Shown here piece after piece: positions 17,501-26,987 of a DNA stretch of 64,000 nt. The notes beneath the pieces were generated by a model. The model searched no databases, was not told where the DNA came from, and saw nothing but the letters and a program-made list of their open reading frames with translations. A program made the position numbers and the translations under genes. The first letter of the stretch is position 1. Each line of letters starts with the position of its first letter. This DNA comes from Pirellulales bacterium (GTDB taxonomy: Bacteria > Planctomycetota > Planctomycetia > Pirellulales > UBA1268), in the NCBI GenBank assembly GCA_044376405.1, contig JBILKZ010000003.1:4895-68894 (forward strand), given 5' to 3'.

Positions 17501-19045
17501 TATCTCGAGCACATCACGCCGGTGCCTCTCATGTTCATCGAGGATGTGCCCGGGTTCGCCTGGAAGGCGCCGCCGGAAGTCAACGTCATCGACAGGCTCG
17601 TCAACGAGAAATTGCGAGATCTTCGCTACCTCCCCGCCGAGCCATGCACCGACGCGGAGTTTTTGCGACGCGCCTCGCTCGATATCACAGGTGCCCTGCC
17701 GCAGGTGCGGGAGACCGAGGCATTCCTGGCCGACACGTCCGCCGATAAGCGGGCCACACTCATTGATCAGCTGCTCAACCGAGATGAATACGCCCGGTTC
17801 TGGTCGCTCAAATGGGGAGACCTGCTCCGCGTGACCAAAAAGCACGCCGGCGAGGAGGGCGTTCACAAGTATCACCGCTGGATCGAGGATTCCTTCCGAC
17901 GCAACGAGCCGCACGACGCGTTTGCCAGACAGCTGCTGCTGGGATCGGGCAGCACGCTTGCCAATCCGCCGGCGAATTTCTATCGCACCGTCACCACGAC
18001 GGAGGAGACCGTCGAGACGGTGTCGCAGGTCTTTCTCGGCGTGCGGCTGCAGTGTGCGAAGTGCCACAACCATCCCTTCGACCATTGGACGCAGGACAAC
18101 TACTACGGCATGGCCGCGTTCTTCGACCGCGTGAAGACACGAAAGACCGAGCAGCCCGGCGAGACGATCGTCTACTCCGCCGACAGTGGTGAGACGAAGC
18201 AGCCCCGCACCGGCAAGGCCATGAGTCCCTGGCTCCCGACGGGCACGGTCGATGCGGATGCCGCTGACGACCGACGGGCTGCGTTCACCGACTGGCTCGT
18301 GTCCCCTGGCAACCCGTATTTCGCGAGGGTCGAGGCGAACCGGATCTGGAGCCAGTTCTTCGCCCGCGGCATCGTCGATCCCGTCGACGAGTTCCGCGAC
18401 TCAAACCCGCCGAGCAACGCGGCGCTGCTCGATGCGCTCGCCAGGGCGTTCACCGACGGTGGTTTCGATCGGAAGAGGCTCATTCGGATGATCTGCACCA
18501 GCCACACCTATCAGGCGAGCTGTCGCACCAGCCCACTGAACAGGGACGACGCGCTCTATTTCTCACACCAGCAGCCGAGGCTTCTCGGGGCGGAGCAGCT
18601 GCTCGACGCGATCGATCAGGTGACGGGGACCGAGCAGTCCTACGGCACGCTGCCGTTAGGCACCCGCGCGGTGGAACTGCCCGGCCCCGATCTCGTGAAG
18701 GTGGACTTCCTCAAGACGTTTGGAAAGCCGCAGCGTGGCACGGTCTGCGCCTGCGAACGGGCCGATGACTCGAGCCTCGGCATGGCGATCGAGCTGATCA
18801 ACGGGCGGCTGATGAATGAGAAGGTGGCGAGCCCGACGAACCGCATCCGGCCTGCCGTCGCCGCCGGCCGGCCGGTCGAAGCGATCGTCCGCGAACTCTA
18901 TCTCGCCGCACTGTGCCGGTTTCCCACGGAGGAGGAACAGCAGGCCGCCGTGGACCGGTGCCAGAAGGCCAAGGATCCGGTCAGCGGCCTCGAAGATGTC
19001 TGTTGGGCGCTGCTCAACACCGATGAGTTCGTGTTTCAGCATTAG
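14534..19045 (+). CDS. PSCyt2/DUF1549/DUF1553 (PSD1) family giant protein with N-terminal beta-sandwich modules
   Basis: Motifs CSSGACHGSPSGKGGFRLSL and LGVRLQCAKCHNHPFDHWTQDNYYG (DUF1549 type), plus a DUF1553-like C-terminus (FARGIVDPVDEFRDSNPPSN). The start is moved to the ATG giving the signal peptide MGGTPTHTRAWHSAPAWGAALLLASTAFG. Confidence 0.85.
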   Translation: MGGTPTHTRAWHSAPAWGAALLLASTAFGADPVITAVRPLTLSSGTSTSLVIQGKNLTAPLRLKASRSTVSIPVEKVEPETALATATLPANASLGPLAAWPSTAAGPLPPIVMLIDDLPVHTDNGNNHTRDTAQFLPSLACVDGTSDGGKSDMYRFQVQAGQRVAVEVLTLPIRSTMDPVVRLVDADGTVLAMADDGAAGPECRLSHTFAKTGDCWLEIRDNSYKTGAGYHLRLGDFSIISHAFPLAVQRGTTTRIGFTGADGAAAVVSEVTVASDCEDSSLTVAARLPGGRSSAWARVLVHDTPQVVEPADSRGMTAAHTIPVGISGRLDNAGERDSYRLMGTKGHAVRISARTRSLGCATVPRMRLLSVGSNASDAASNKLLAESDLRNSAESTLDFTFPEDGEYRLEVSDLAGRGGHGFGYFLAVQRVPPVVVELKPVVATRESFAIEADRGCAAVDVKVTRAGYDGEVVISLAGEVPGLRVVNPVIPAKTTEARVYLAADAGWTEESSALVRLRAECLGQPSSLNSVGSTAVRRLKEPHVPFPPDWADGVLSIAGVKAGEALFAIEPLAPVSFTRGTAKQEIKLPLKRLDPAFTGVVTIFGSSLPKGFSLTSTFDKELCQITLTGTATDGSEPTSMRLFAVAEQKNRGQIEQVNLPVMWSDPVQPPATDAQKTNQPSEANKPSEANKPSEANKPSQTNQEASPPTQIAAATVTGTPPFDVFPHTIALDGARDRQQVAVTSVDAAGLSRDLTRQVSIVVANESVATVRGTVIIPAGDGTTEAVITLNGSRVTVPITVTHHAVARPRQFENEVLVALSKQTCSSGACHGSPSGKGGFRLSLRGFDEPFDETTLIREDFGRRVNPLEPEASLLLRKPLMKLAHGGGRQLLPRDEAYAILRDWIAEGAKADPPDTPRCVRLAVTPGTRQVQQLEAGGRQLVAIAHFSDGSSRDVTHLAAYESSHTGVATVDAHGWTTPHRRGEAVILVRYLEHITPVPLMFIEDVPGFAWKAPPEVNVIDRLVNEKLRDLRYLPAEPCTDAEFLRRASLDITGALPQVRETEAFLADTSADKRATLIDQLLNRDEYARFWSLKWGDLLRVTKKHAGEEGVHKYHRWIEDSFRRNEPHDAFARQLLLGSGSTLANPPANFYRTVTTTEETVETVSQVFLGVRLQCAKCHNHPFDHWTQDNYYGMAAFFDRVKTRKTEQPGETIVYSADSGETKQPRTGKAMSPWLPTGTVDADAADDRRAAFTDWLVSPGNPYFARVEANRIWSQFFARGIVDPVDEFRDSNPPSNAALLDALARAFTDGGFDRKRLIRMICTSHTYQASCRTSPLNRDDALYFSHQQPRLLGAEQLLDAIDQVTGTEQSYGTLPLGTRAVELPGPDLVKVDFLKTFGKPQRGTVCACERADDSSLGMAIELINGRLMNEKVASPTNRIRPAVAAGRPVEAIVRELYLAALCRFPTEEEQQAAVDRCQKAKDPVSGLEDVCWALLNTDEFVFQH
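16571..16642 (+). repeat. in-frame 18-bp tandem repeat (PSEANK x3 plus one degenerate unit)
   Basis: cccagtgaagccaacaaa occurs three times in perfect tandem, followed by cccagtcaaaccaaccaa, inside the CDS above. Confidence 0.9.
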
Positions 19046-19068
19046 CACTGGCCTCGTCAGGAGTCACC

Positions 19069-20412
19069 ATGAAACCGGTCGGCAGTTCTGCTCGCAGCTG
19101 CATTCTGGCCCTGATCGGCTGGGGGGCGATGCGTACGCTGACTTGTGCCGCTGAGCCGGTCAGCTTCAAGAGCGACATCGCGTCCATTCTCGTGGACAAC
19201 TGCATTGCCTGCCATGGACAAAAGAAGGCCGAGGGTGGGTATCGACTCGATACGTTCGAACAGCTGCAGCGGCCGGGAGACTCGGGCGCGGAGCCGATCA
19301 TTGCTGGGTCCACTCCCGGCGGTGAGATCCTGCGGCGCGTCACAACGAGCGACCCTGACGAGCGGATGCCCCCGGACTCGAATCCGTTGCCAGTCGCCGC
19401 GATCGAGACGATCCGCGGCTGGGTCGCCTCAGGCGCGGCGTTCGACGGGGGCAAGCCATCTGAGTCGCTGGCGATGGTCATGCCGCCGCGTACGCATGCG
19501 GCGGCGCCCAAGGCCTATACCCACGCCATCCCCATCGCCGCGCTGGCCTTCACACCCGATGGCCGACAATTGGTGGTCGGCGGCTATCACGAACTGCTCG
19601 TCTTCGATGCCGGCGAAGGAAAGCTCCTGAGGCGGATCGGCAACCTCGGCCAACGGACATTCGCGATCACCTTCCTGGCCGACGGCAGGACGCTCGCCGT
19701 GGCCAGTGGGGAGCCGGGCCGCGATGGCGACGTGCGGCTGGTCAACTTTGAGCAAGGGCTCGTGACAAGCGTGTTCGCCCGCGCCGTCGATGTCGTACTC
19801 GATCTCGCACCTCGTCCCCAGAGCGACCACGTGGCGGTGGCGTCGGCCGATGGAATCGTCCGCATCATCGATACTGCGAGCGGTGCGGAGGTGCGGGCGA
19901 TCGCCAGTCATGCCGACTGGGTGACCGCCGTGGCCTGGAGTGACGACGGCACGAGACTGGCATCCGCAAGCCGCGACAGGTCGGTCAAGGTCTATGACGC
20001 CGTCTCCGGCGAACTGCTCGCCAACTATCAGGATCACGGCGAGCCCGTACGGGGCGTCGCCTTCACGGCCGATGGCAAGCAGGTGCTGTCCGTGGGAGCC
20101 GACAAGAAATTCCATCGCTGGGACATCGAGACCATGAAAAAAGTTGCCGGAGTCGATCTGCAGGGGGAGGGATACAAGCTCGTCCGCAGCGACGACACCG
20201 TCTCCGTGGCCAGCACCGACAGACTGCTACGGTCGATCGACATCGCGAAGAACGCGGTCGCGCTGACCTTCAAGGGCCACGCGGACTGGCCTGTCGCCAT
20301 CGCGGTGCACCCGGCCAGCGGCAGGATCGCCAGCGGCGCACTCGATGGCGAGGTGCGGGTGTGGAACAGCGGCGACGGCAGCCGCGTGAAGTCGTGGGTC
20401 GCCAGACCCTGA
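19069..20412 (+). CDS. planctomycete cytochrome-c-like (PSCyt1) domain protein with WD40 repeats
   Basis: Signal peptide, then CIACHGQKKAEGGYRLDTFEQL, then WD40-like units (ASADGIVRIID, SASRDRSVKVYD, GALDGEVRVWN). It starts 23 nt after the preceding gene. Confidence 0.85.
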   Translation: MKPVGSSARSCILALIGWGAMRTLTCAAEPVSFKSDIASILVDNCIACHGQKKAEGGYRLDTFEQLQRPGDSGAEPIIAGSTPGGEILRRVTTSDPDERMPPDSNPLPVAAIETIRGWVASGAAFDGGKPSESLAMVMPPRTHAAAPKAYTHAIPIAALAFTPDGRQLVVGGYHELLVFDAGEGKLLRRIGNLGQRTFAITFLADGRTLAVASGEPGRDGDVRLVNFEQGLVTSVFARAVDVVLDLAPRPQSDHVAVASADGIVRIIDTASGAEVRAIASHADWVTAVAWSDDGTRLASASRDRSVKVYDAVSGELLANYQDHGEPVRGVAFTADGKQVLSVGADKKFHRWDIETMKKVAGVDLQGEGYKLVRSDDTVSVASTDRLLRSIDIAKNAVALTFKGHADWPVAIAVHPASGRIASGALDGEVRVWNSGDGSRVKSWVARP

Positions 20413-20455
20413 TTTGCGCGGGAAAAAGGCCATCGACGGCTTTTTCCACCGCCGG

Positions 20456-21892
20456 CTACAGGATCGCCTCGATCGGCCGCCCCTTCGAAATCACCAGCGG
20501 TCGACCGAACCGATCGTGCAGTTCCGTGGAAGGTGCAAACCCGAGGCAGTGATGGATCGTCGCGATGAGGTCCTGCGGTTCGACGCGGCCCTCGAGTGGA
20601 AAGCCGCCCTGCCGGTCGGACTTCCCGTACACCACACCGCCCTTGACGCCACCGCCTGCCAGCGCGACGGAGAAGACGTGCCCCCAGTGCTCGCGGCCGC
20701 CGGCGGGGTTGATCTTCGGCGACCGGCCAAACTCCCCCATCCAGACGACGAGCGTCTCTTCGAGCATGCCCCGGGTGGCCAGGTCCTCCAACAGGGCCGA
20801 GTAGGCCTGATCCATCGGCGGCATGAGCGCCTTCTTCAGCCGCTCCGTGTTCTTGGCATGCGTGTCCCAGGCAGGTGAGCCGTTGTCGTCATCCTCCCAG
20901 CGTGTCCAGTTGACCTGCACGAGCGACACGCCCGCCTCGATCATGCGGCGGGCGAGCAACACGCTCTGTCCAAACCGGTTGCGACCATACCGATCGCGGA
21001 CGGTGGCTGTCTCCTGATCGATGGCAAAGGCCCTGCGGGCCTCGTCGGCCCGCAGGAGATCCAGCGCCTTGGCCTGCCAGGTGCTCCAACGGTTCACCGA
21101 GGCGTCATCGAGCGTCCGGAACTGCCTGTTCATCAGGTTCTGCAGGGCGAGGCGATCCTCCAGCCGGTCCGGCGTGATCTCGGCCGGCAGAGAAATGTCG
21201 GGCGGACGGAAGTCGGGTTTGTTCGGGTCGCACATCACGAGCCAGGGATCGGCCTTGTCGCCAAGCCAGCCGGCATCCTGTCCCGGCCAGACCGAACCAT
21301 CGGTGTTCCAGATGTGCTCCGGCAGACGGATGGCCCCTGGCAACGCCGACTGGTCACCGCGGAGATGCCGCACCACTGCGGCCAGCGACGGAAAATCGTT
21401 CGGGGCGCCGGGGTTGGCGTTCTCCACACCCTTGGGAGCATGCGGCTGGCCCGTGAGCATGTAGTACCCGCTCGATGAATGGGCGTTGTCGCCGGTCGCC
21501 ATGGCACGCAGGACGGCGATGTGGTTTGTCAGCTTCGCCGTCAGCGGCATCAGTTCGCCCACCTGAAGGCCGGGCGTGGCCGTGGAGATGACGCCGAGGT
21601 CTCCACGAATCCCCACCGGTGCGTCCGGCTTTGGATCCCATGTCTCATGCTGCGGCGGCCCGCCGAGCATCATCAGCACGATGCACGACTTTGCCTTGCC
21701 GAATCCGGGCCCCAGATCGGCGGCAGGCTGCGCCGCCGTGCTCGCGCGGGCGGCAGCGAGTGCGGGCAGGCTCATCGAGCAGACGCCCAAACCGCCGAGC
21801 CGCATCCATTCACGCCGCGAAACCCGATCGCACAGCGTCGTGTCCGGACCCAGGAATGAAAGCATGCTCCGCCCTCCGCCCATCACGTTCAC
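20456..21892 (-). CDS. DUF1501 domain protein (sulfatase-fold, Tat-type signal)
   Basis: SRREWMRLGGLG N-terminus, LGGPPQHETWDPKP and MGEFGRSPKIN...GREHW, all typical of DUF1501. Confidence 0.9.
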   Translation of the reverse strand: MNVMGGGRSMLSFLGPDTTLCDRVSRREWMRLGGLGVCSMSLPALAAARASTAAQPAADLGPGFGKAKSCIVLMMLGGPPQHETWDPKPDAPVGIRGDLGVISTATPGLQVGELMPLTAKLTNHIAVLRAMATGDNAHSSSGYYMLTGQPHAPKGVENANPGAPNDFPSLAAVVRHLRGDQSALPGAIRLPEHIWNTDGSVWPGQDAGWLGDKADPWLVMCDPNKPDFRPPDISLPAEITPDRLEDRLALQNLMNRQFRTLDDASVNRWSTWQAKALDLLRADEARRAFAIDQETATVRDRYGRNRFGQSVLLARRMIEAGVSLVQVNWTRWEDDDNGSPAWDTHAKNTERLKKALMPPMDQAYSALLEDLATRGMLEETLVVWMGEFGRSPKINPAGGREHWGHVFSVALAGGGVKGGVVYGKSDRQGGFPLEGRVEPQDLIATIHHCLGFAPSTELHDRFGRPLVISKGRPIEAIL

Positions 21893-22073
21893 TTCATCGG
21901 CCCGCGGCCCGTATCACCGTCAGGATTTTACCCTCGCCCCGCCGGGTGTCCCGCCGACCTCGTCGCCGAGTGCATCCACATTCTGCACGAACATTTTTAC
22001 CGCCCCACCACTCGCGGTTATAGTCATTTTCGGTGGGATTCCTGAGCAACGCGACATTCCTTCGGTGTAGGAC

Positions 22074-23096
22074 ATGAAAACCGGCTTCCGCACGATGTCG
22101 TTCTCGCCGGTCGCGCCGGCCGCCCGTCGCGGCTTCACGCTGGTCGAACTCCTCGTCGTCATCGCGATCATCGGCACGCTCGTCGGGCTCCTGCTCCCCG
22201 CCGTGCAGGCAGCCCGTGAGGCGGCCCGACGCTCGGCGTGTCAGAACAATCTGAAGCAGCTTGGCGTGGCACTGCTCAACCACGAGAGCGCCAAGCGGCA
22301 GTTCCCACCCGTCTGCCTGATCAGCGCCACGCAGCTGTCGGACAGCTTCTCCGCTCAGGCCTATCTCCTCCCCTACATGGAGCAGAGCAGCGTCGCCAAC
22401 CTGATCGACTTCACGAAGAGCTTCACGCTCCAGCCGCAGGTCACTGCCGCCCGAATCTCGGTCTTCATCTGCCCCAGCGAGATCAATACCAAGCCCAACG
22501 AGTCGGTGCCGGGCATCACGCACCAGCCGCTCAACTACGGCGTCAGCTGTGGCACCTGGTTTCAGTTTGACCCACCTTCAGCGCAAACCGGCAACGGCTC
22601 GTTCGCCGTCAACATGGAGATGCGCGTGCGGGACTTCACCGACGGCACGAGCAAGTCTGTAGGATTCGCCGAGGTGAAGGCCTATCAGGCCGCTATCCGC
22701 GACGGCCTCAACCCGTCAGCCATCGGCGCCCCGCTCCCCGCCACGCCCGCCGACGTGATCGCGCTCGGTGGAACGGCAACGGCAGACATCGGCCACACGC
22801 AGTGGGTCAACGGCATCATCCTCCACTCCGGAATCTCACACACATTCCCTCCGAATACCGCGATCCCAATGACCGTGGCAGGCAAGACCGTCGACTGCGA
22901 CTTCACGAGCAGCCGTTTGGGGGTCACGATCACCTCACCCACCTACACCGTGTTCACGAGCCGCAGCTATCACGCCACCGGGGCGGGCGTGACGATGATG
23001 GACGGCAGCGTCCGGATGATCGGCTCCGACATCGACCTCGCTGTCTGGCGAGCACTCGGCACCCGCGCCGGTGGCGAATCGATGCAACTGCCCTGA
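22074..23096 (+). CDS. DUF1559 domain protein with prepilin-type N-terminal cleavage/methylation segment
   Basis: [52 protein letters not shown]. Confidence 0.9.
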   Translation: MKTGFRTMSFSPVAPAARRGFTLVELLVVIAIIGTLVGLLLPAVQAAREAARRSACQNNLKQLGVALLNHESAKRQFPPVCLISATQLSDSFSAQAYLLPYMEQSSVANLIDFTKSFTLQPQVTAARISVFICPSEINTKPNESVPGITHQPLNYGVSCGTWFQFDPPSAQTGNGSFAVNMEMRVRDFTDGTSKSVGFAEVKAYQAAIRDGLNPSAIGAPLPATPADVIALGGTATADIGHTQWVNGIILHSGISHTFPPNTAIPMTVAGKTVDCDFTSSRLGVTITSPTYTVFTSRSYHATGAGVTMMDGSVRMIGSDIDLAVWRALGTRAGGESMQLP

Positions 23097-23134
23097 TCCG
23101 CTGCCCGCCTGCCAGTGGCGACCGGACACCGGCC

Positions 23135-26100
23135 TTACGTCCCGGGCAGAGGGCGGCTGACGGGCTTCGCGGCTGGAGCCGAGCCGAAGCCCGGGGTGCG
23201 AAGGCCGACGCCGATGCCGCCAGCCCCGGCATTGAGCTGATCGAGGTCGAGGTAGCGGGCATCGTCGACGTCAACACGGTTGATCGCCCGCCAGTAGAGG
23301 ATTTTCCCAGCTGAGGCGCTCGACGTGGCCGCCCCCACCTTCGCCTGCCGGTAGAGCTGCGCGTCGCTGCGGCCGTCGCCCTCGAAGACGAGCAGGTCCT
23401 TCGCCTCGCTCCAGGTGAGCCGGGCGCTCCGCGCGGTGAACGATTCCCCTTCCACGAGCACGTTGCCACCAGCGGCCATTTCGATGGAACTGCGTTTCTG
23501 CCCCGGTGCCGGCGGTGCCTGCCCCACCCCCAACACGTCGCTCGAGATGGTCACGACCCGCGGCGGTAGGCCTGCGGCAGCGCGTGGGTCGAGCGTGTCG
23601 CCCCACTTGGCGACCGGCCCCCAGATCGCCTCGACACGCTGATGGAACTCCATCACGCGACGGTTGATGTTGCCCCGCATGCCTCGCTGGAAATCGACAC
23701 CCAGGTAGGTGAGTTCGTCGGGCTGCGCCGCCGCCACCGGGGCCGCCGCCGCGCCGGGCGTCTGCGGCCCGGTCGGCAGCGCCATTCCCGGCGGCTGTCC
23801 AAATCTCGTGCTCGCCAGCCGTCCTGGGCCTGTGCCCGTTACATTCCCCGTGGTGCGGTCAATGACGAGATCCCGCACGAAGAGCTGCTCGACCGACTTG
23901 CCTCCATCCTGCGCGGCCGACTCGCTCTCGATCCGCACGCCACTGCCACATGCGATCCGCGCCACGTCGGGCCGCGCCGCCGGCTGTGGCTGACCAGCTG
24001 AGAACTCAATGGGCCTGTTAAATACTACGTCGAGCGAGCCGGCCCGCACGGCCGTTCCACCGCTGACGGTCACCACGCGGTCGACAAAGCGGGCGGTGAG
24101 CCCGTCGAAGTCCATGCGTCCCTGCCAGTTCACATCGAGCGAGCCCGGCTGTGCGGCAGCCGCTGCTCCACCGACGGCCGCCGGGGCCGGCGTTGCTGGC
24201 GCTGGCGACATACCGCCGGTGAATCCAAACGACTCGAATCCACCCACGCCGGCGGCCAGCGGCACCTTCAGCCTGCCGGCACCGTCCACGGTGAGCCGAT
24301 TCCTGCCCCGATCAAAGTCGATGAGCGGTCCCTGCAGATCGAGTCCCCTTCCCCGTACCTCCGCCGGACGACCCGACACGATCGCCCGCGCGTCGAACCG
24401 CGTGGGCCGCGTGAGCTGCATCTGGTCGCCGCGAATTTCCATGCCAGCTTCAGCGGCCACGTCTCTTACCGCGGCCGCAGCCTGTTCACGCGGCTCCTCC
24501 ACGACGTGCACCTGGCCCTCGAGCGACATCTCTTCGAGTTCGCTCTTGTTGCCCGCCATGCTCACGAGGCCGCGAACGAGTGCCGCTGTGGCCACCATCC
24601 TGCCACTGCTGGGGCTCTTCTGGCCATGGGGCTTGGGTGCCGCGGCACCGGCTGGATTCGCCCCGGCCGAGCCTTGTCCCGCCACGGCGGCCGACGGCTG
24701 CTGGGCGATTCCTAGGGGCGTCGCTATCGAAGGCTCCTGTTTGCGGAACCAGACCTCCATGCGATCGGTCCGCGCGGCCAATTGCTCCGCCTCCACCTCC
24801 ACCATGCCGCGGGCCAGCATCCGCGTCGGTCGCACGCCCGACAGATCGGGGCCAGCGTTCCCCGCATCTGGCGCCACGGCCGCCGGCGTCCCGCCGTTCG
24901 GCGACGTCGCTTTGGCCAACTCCAGCCAGAGATGCATCTCGGAGCCGCTGAGCCGGCCCTGCGTCTCGACTGCGACCTCTGCATCACCGGCGATCGACGC
25001 CACGTGCCCTTCTCCATCCGGACGCATCCGCAGCCACTTCTGCCAGCGGGCCTGCACAGGCGGCGATCCCGCAGACCGTGTCCGTAGCCAGCCTGGCCCC
25101 ACGGCCATCAGCGAGCCCGGCGCGGAGGACGGCCCGGGCACGTAGTCGATCGAGCGGGCCTCCATCTCCGTGCCCCGCGCGACAAGCGACACCGGCTCCT
25201 CGCCGTCGAGCAGGATCCGACGCGTGGCGATCTCATAGCCGAGCCGGGCCGCCCGGGCCTCGAGCCCGGCGCCACTCGACCGGGCGACCACTGGCGTGCC
25301 CTTGGCTTGAATCTCGATCGGCTTCAGTTCCGACTTGCCACCCGAACCACCAGCCGCGGGTTCCTGCCGGCCGAGCATGATCGCCAGCAGTTCACAGGCG
25401 AGCTGGTCGGTCGAACCTCCGGGCACCGTGCGGACGACCTCCACCTGATCCTCGCAGGTGATCACGTTGGCCGACACATTCAGACAGAGGCCACCACGAC
25501 AGGTGACGAGCACGGGTGCCGCGTCACCGGCCGAGCCTGGCTCACCAATGGCTTCAGCTGCCGGCTGCTTCTGCCCCGGCAAAAGCCCGCCCTGCATGCC
25601 CTCCAGTCGCATCCGCACGTCGCGGTCGAGCCGGATCGAGTCGATGCCGCCAATGCTGGGTCCCTGATCCGATGCCCCTGGGCGTGGCAGCAGCCTCGCC
25701 AAGAGTGCCCGACCACTTCCGGTCGACCGTCCATACCGAAACTGCACCATTTCTGCGGTGCGGACCTCGAACTCTTCGAGTTCCACGTCACGGGTGACGA
25801 TCTCGATGTCGTCGTCGGCGCCAGGCGACGATGGGGTGCCACGGATCGTCACCTGACCGCGGAGGCTGCCGCCGATGAGCCGCGCGAGCCGGCCCTGCCG
25901 CAGGTCGAGCGGTTCGTCGAACTCGAGCACGGCCCCCTGGGGCACCCGCAGCACGAGTGTCCTCCCCTCGCTTCCGTCGTCCGCCACGCGGTTGCGGTCG
26001 GGCAATATCACCAGCGTGCAGGGTACGAGGTTCACCCGGCCGTCAGGCAGCGCCTGATACTGCTTGAAGAGGAGCCGCATCTGCCTGCTCTCCAGCATGA

Positions 26101-26329
26101 TGGGATCCTCGCGTTCCCAGGAGCCTGCCGGAAAGATGTCGCCCAGCGCCGCCAGTCGGCGGTCTGCCCGGGCCCGGATCGCGGCGGCCTGCTCGGGCGA
26201 CAGTTCGAGCGACTGTTGCTCATCGTGTACGCGCGGCTCCACCAACGGCACCACGGTGAGCCGGTGAAAGCCGGCCGCCGCGAGGACGATGAGAAACACC
26301 CGCAACGTGCGTCCGAGGCGATGTTCCAT
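23135..26329 (-). CDS. 1064-aa N-terminally membrane-anchored protein with multiple OstA/LptA-like sequence patterns (function inferred only)
   Basis: It has a single N-terminal hydrophobic helix (LRVFLIVLAAAGF). Recurrent strand patterns resemble OstA_N/LptA units, for example MAAGGNVLVEGESFTARSARLTWSEAKDLLVFEGDG, IEIQAKGTPVVARSSGAGLEARAARLGYE and LDVNWQGRMDFDGLTARFVDRVVTVSGG. It starts 27 nt downstream of kdsC. Confidence 0.75.
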   Translation of the reverse strand: MEHRLGRTLRVFLIVLAAAGFHRLTVVPLVEPRVHDEQQSLELSPEQAAAIRARADRRLAALGDIFPAGSWEREDPIMLESRQMRLLFKQYQALPDGRVNLVPCTLVILPDRNRVADDGSEGRTLVLRVPQGAVLEFDEPLDLRQGRLARLIGGSLRGQVTIRGTPSSPGADDDIEIVTRDVELEEFEVRTAEMVQFRYGRSTGSGRALLARLLPRPGASDQGPSIGGIDSIRLDRDVRMRLEGMQGGLLPGQKQPAAEAIGEPGSAGDAAPVLVTCRGGLCLNVSANVITCEDQVEVVRTVPGGSTDQLACELLAIMLGRQEPAAGGSGGKSELKPIEIQAKGTPVVARSSGAGLEARAARLGYEIATRRILLDGEEPVSLVARGTEMEARSIDYVPGPSSAPGSLMAVGPGWLRTRSAGSPPVQARWQKWLRMRPDGEGHVASIAGDAEVAVETQGRLSGSEMHLWLELAKATSPNGGTPAAVAPDAGNAGPDLSGVRPTRMLARGMVEVEAEQLAARTDRMEVWFRKQEPSIATPLGIAQQPSAAVAGQGSAGANPAGAAAPKPHGQKSPSSGRMVATAALVRGLVSMAGNKSELEEMSLEGQVHVVEEPREQAAAAVRDVAAEAGMEIRGDQMQLTRPTRFDARAIVSGRPAEVRGRGLDLQGPLIDFDRGRNRLTVDGAGRLKVPLAAGVGGFESFGFTGGMSPAPATPAPAAVGGAAAAAQPGSLDVNWQGRMDFDGLTARFVDRVVTVSGGTAVRAGSLDVVFNRPIEFSAGQPQPAARPDVARIACGSGVRIESESAAQDGGKSVEQLFVRDLVIDRTTGNVTGTGPGRLASTRFGQPPGMALPTGPQTPGAAAAPVAAAQPDELTYLGVDFQRGMRGNINRRVMEFHQRVEAIWGPVAKWGDTLDPRAAAGLPPRVVTISSDVLGVGQAPPAPGQKRSSIEMAAGGNVLVEGESFTARSARLTWSEAKDLLVFEGDGRSDAQLYRQAKVGAATSSASAGKILYWRAINRVDVDDARYLDLDQLNAGAGGIGVGLRTPGFGSAPAAKPVSRPLPGT

Positions 26330-26356
26330 GAAATGGTCCGCTGGCGGGAGTCGCCG

Positions 26357-26932
26357 TCAGGCCCTCCCGAGATTCATGCCTTCGTCGATGCCCGCGCGAG
26401 GCGAAGTGTAGCCGTCGACGATGCTCTCCCAACCGCCGCGGGCCCGGAGCATCCGTTCGACGAGTTCGCGGACCGCGCCGCGACCACCTGGCAGGATGGT
26501 CACCACCGTGGCAGCAGCCCGCAATTCCTCGCAGGCGTCGGCGACGGCAGCGCCCACTCCACACCGGGCAACCACCGGGAGGTCTGGCAGGTCATCGCCC
26601 ATGAACGCCGTCTGCTCCCACGACAGTCCGCATTCCTTGATGATCGCTCCGGCAACGGCGAGCTTGTCATCGACTCCCTGCCGCACGAATTCGATCCCGA
26701 GTTCAGCGGCCCGCCGTTCGACGATGCGGCTCGAACGGCCCGTGATGATGCCCGTCCGGCCGCCGGCCCGCTGCCAGCCGCGGATGCCCAGGCCGTCGCG
26801 GATGTGGAATGTCTTCTGCTCCACGCCGTCACCGCTCCAGGTGACGCCGCCATCAGTCAGCACGCCGTCGCAGTCGAGCAGCAGCAGCTGCACCGCGGCG
26901 AGTCGGCGGTCGAGATCGGTGGTTGGTGTCAT
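26357..26932 (-). CDS. kdsC: 3-deoxy-D-manno-octulosonate 8-phosphate phosphatase (HAD, KdsC family)
   Basis: LLLLDCDGVLTDGGV...FHIRDGLGIRGWQRAGGRTGIITGRSS...AFMGDDLPDLPV. The start is moved to the internal ATG (MTPTTDLDRRL). The 59-codon N-terminal extension in the ORF track looks non-coding. Confidence 0.85.
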   Translation of the reverse strand: MTPTTDLDRRLAAVQLLLLDCDGVLTDGGVTWSGDGVEQKTFHIRDGLGIRGWQRAGGRTGIITGRSSRIVERRAAELGIEFVRQGVDDKLAVAGAIIKECGLSWEQTAFMGDDLPDLPVVARCGVGAAVADACEELRAAATVVTILPGGRGAVRELVERMLRARGGWESIVDGYTSPRAGIDEGMNLGRA

Positions 26933-26987
26933 GGGATCGCTTCGTGACAGGTTGAATTCAAACGTCAGCTCACGGAACGGCGCCGGC

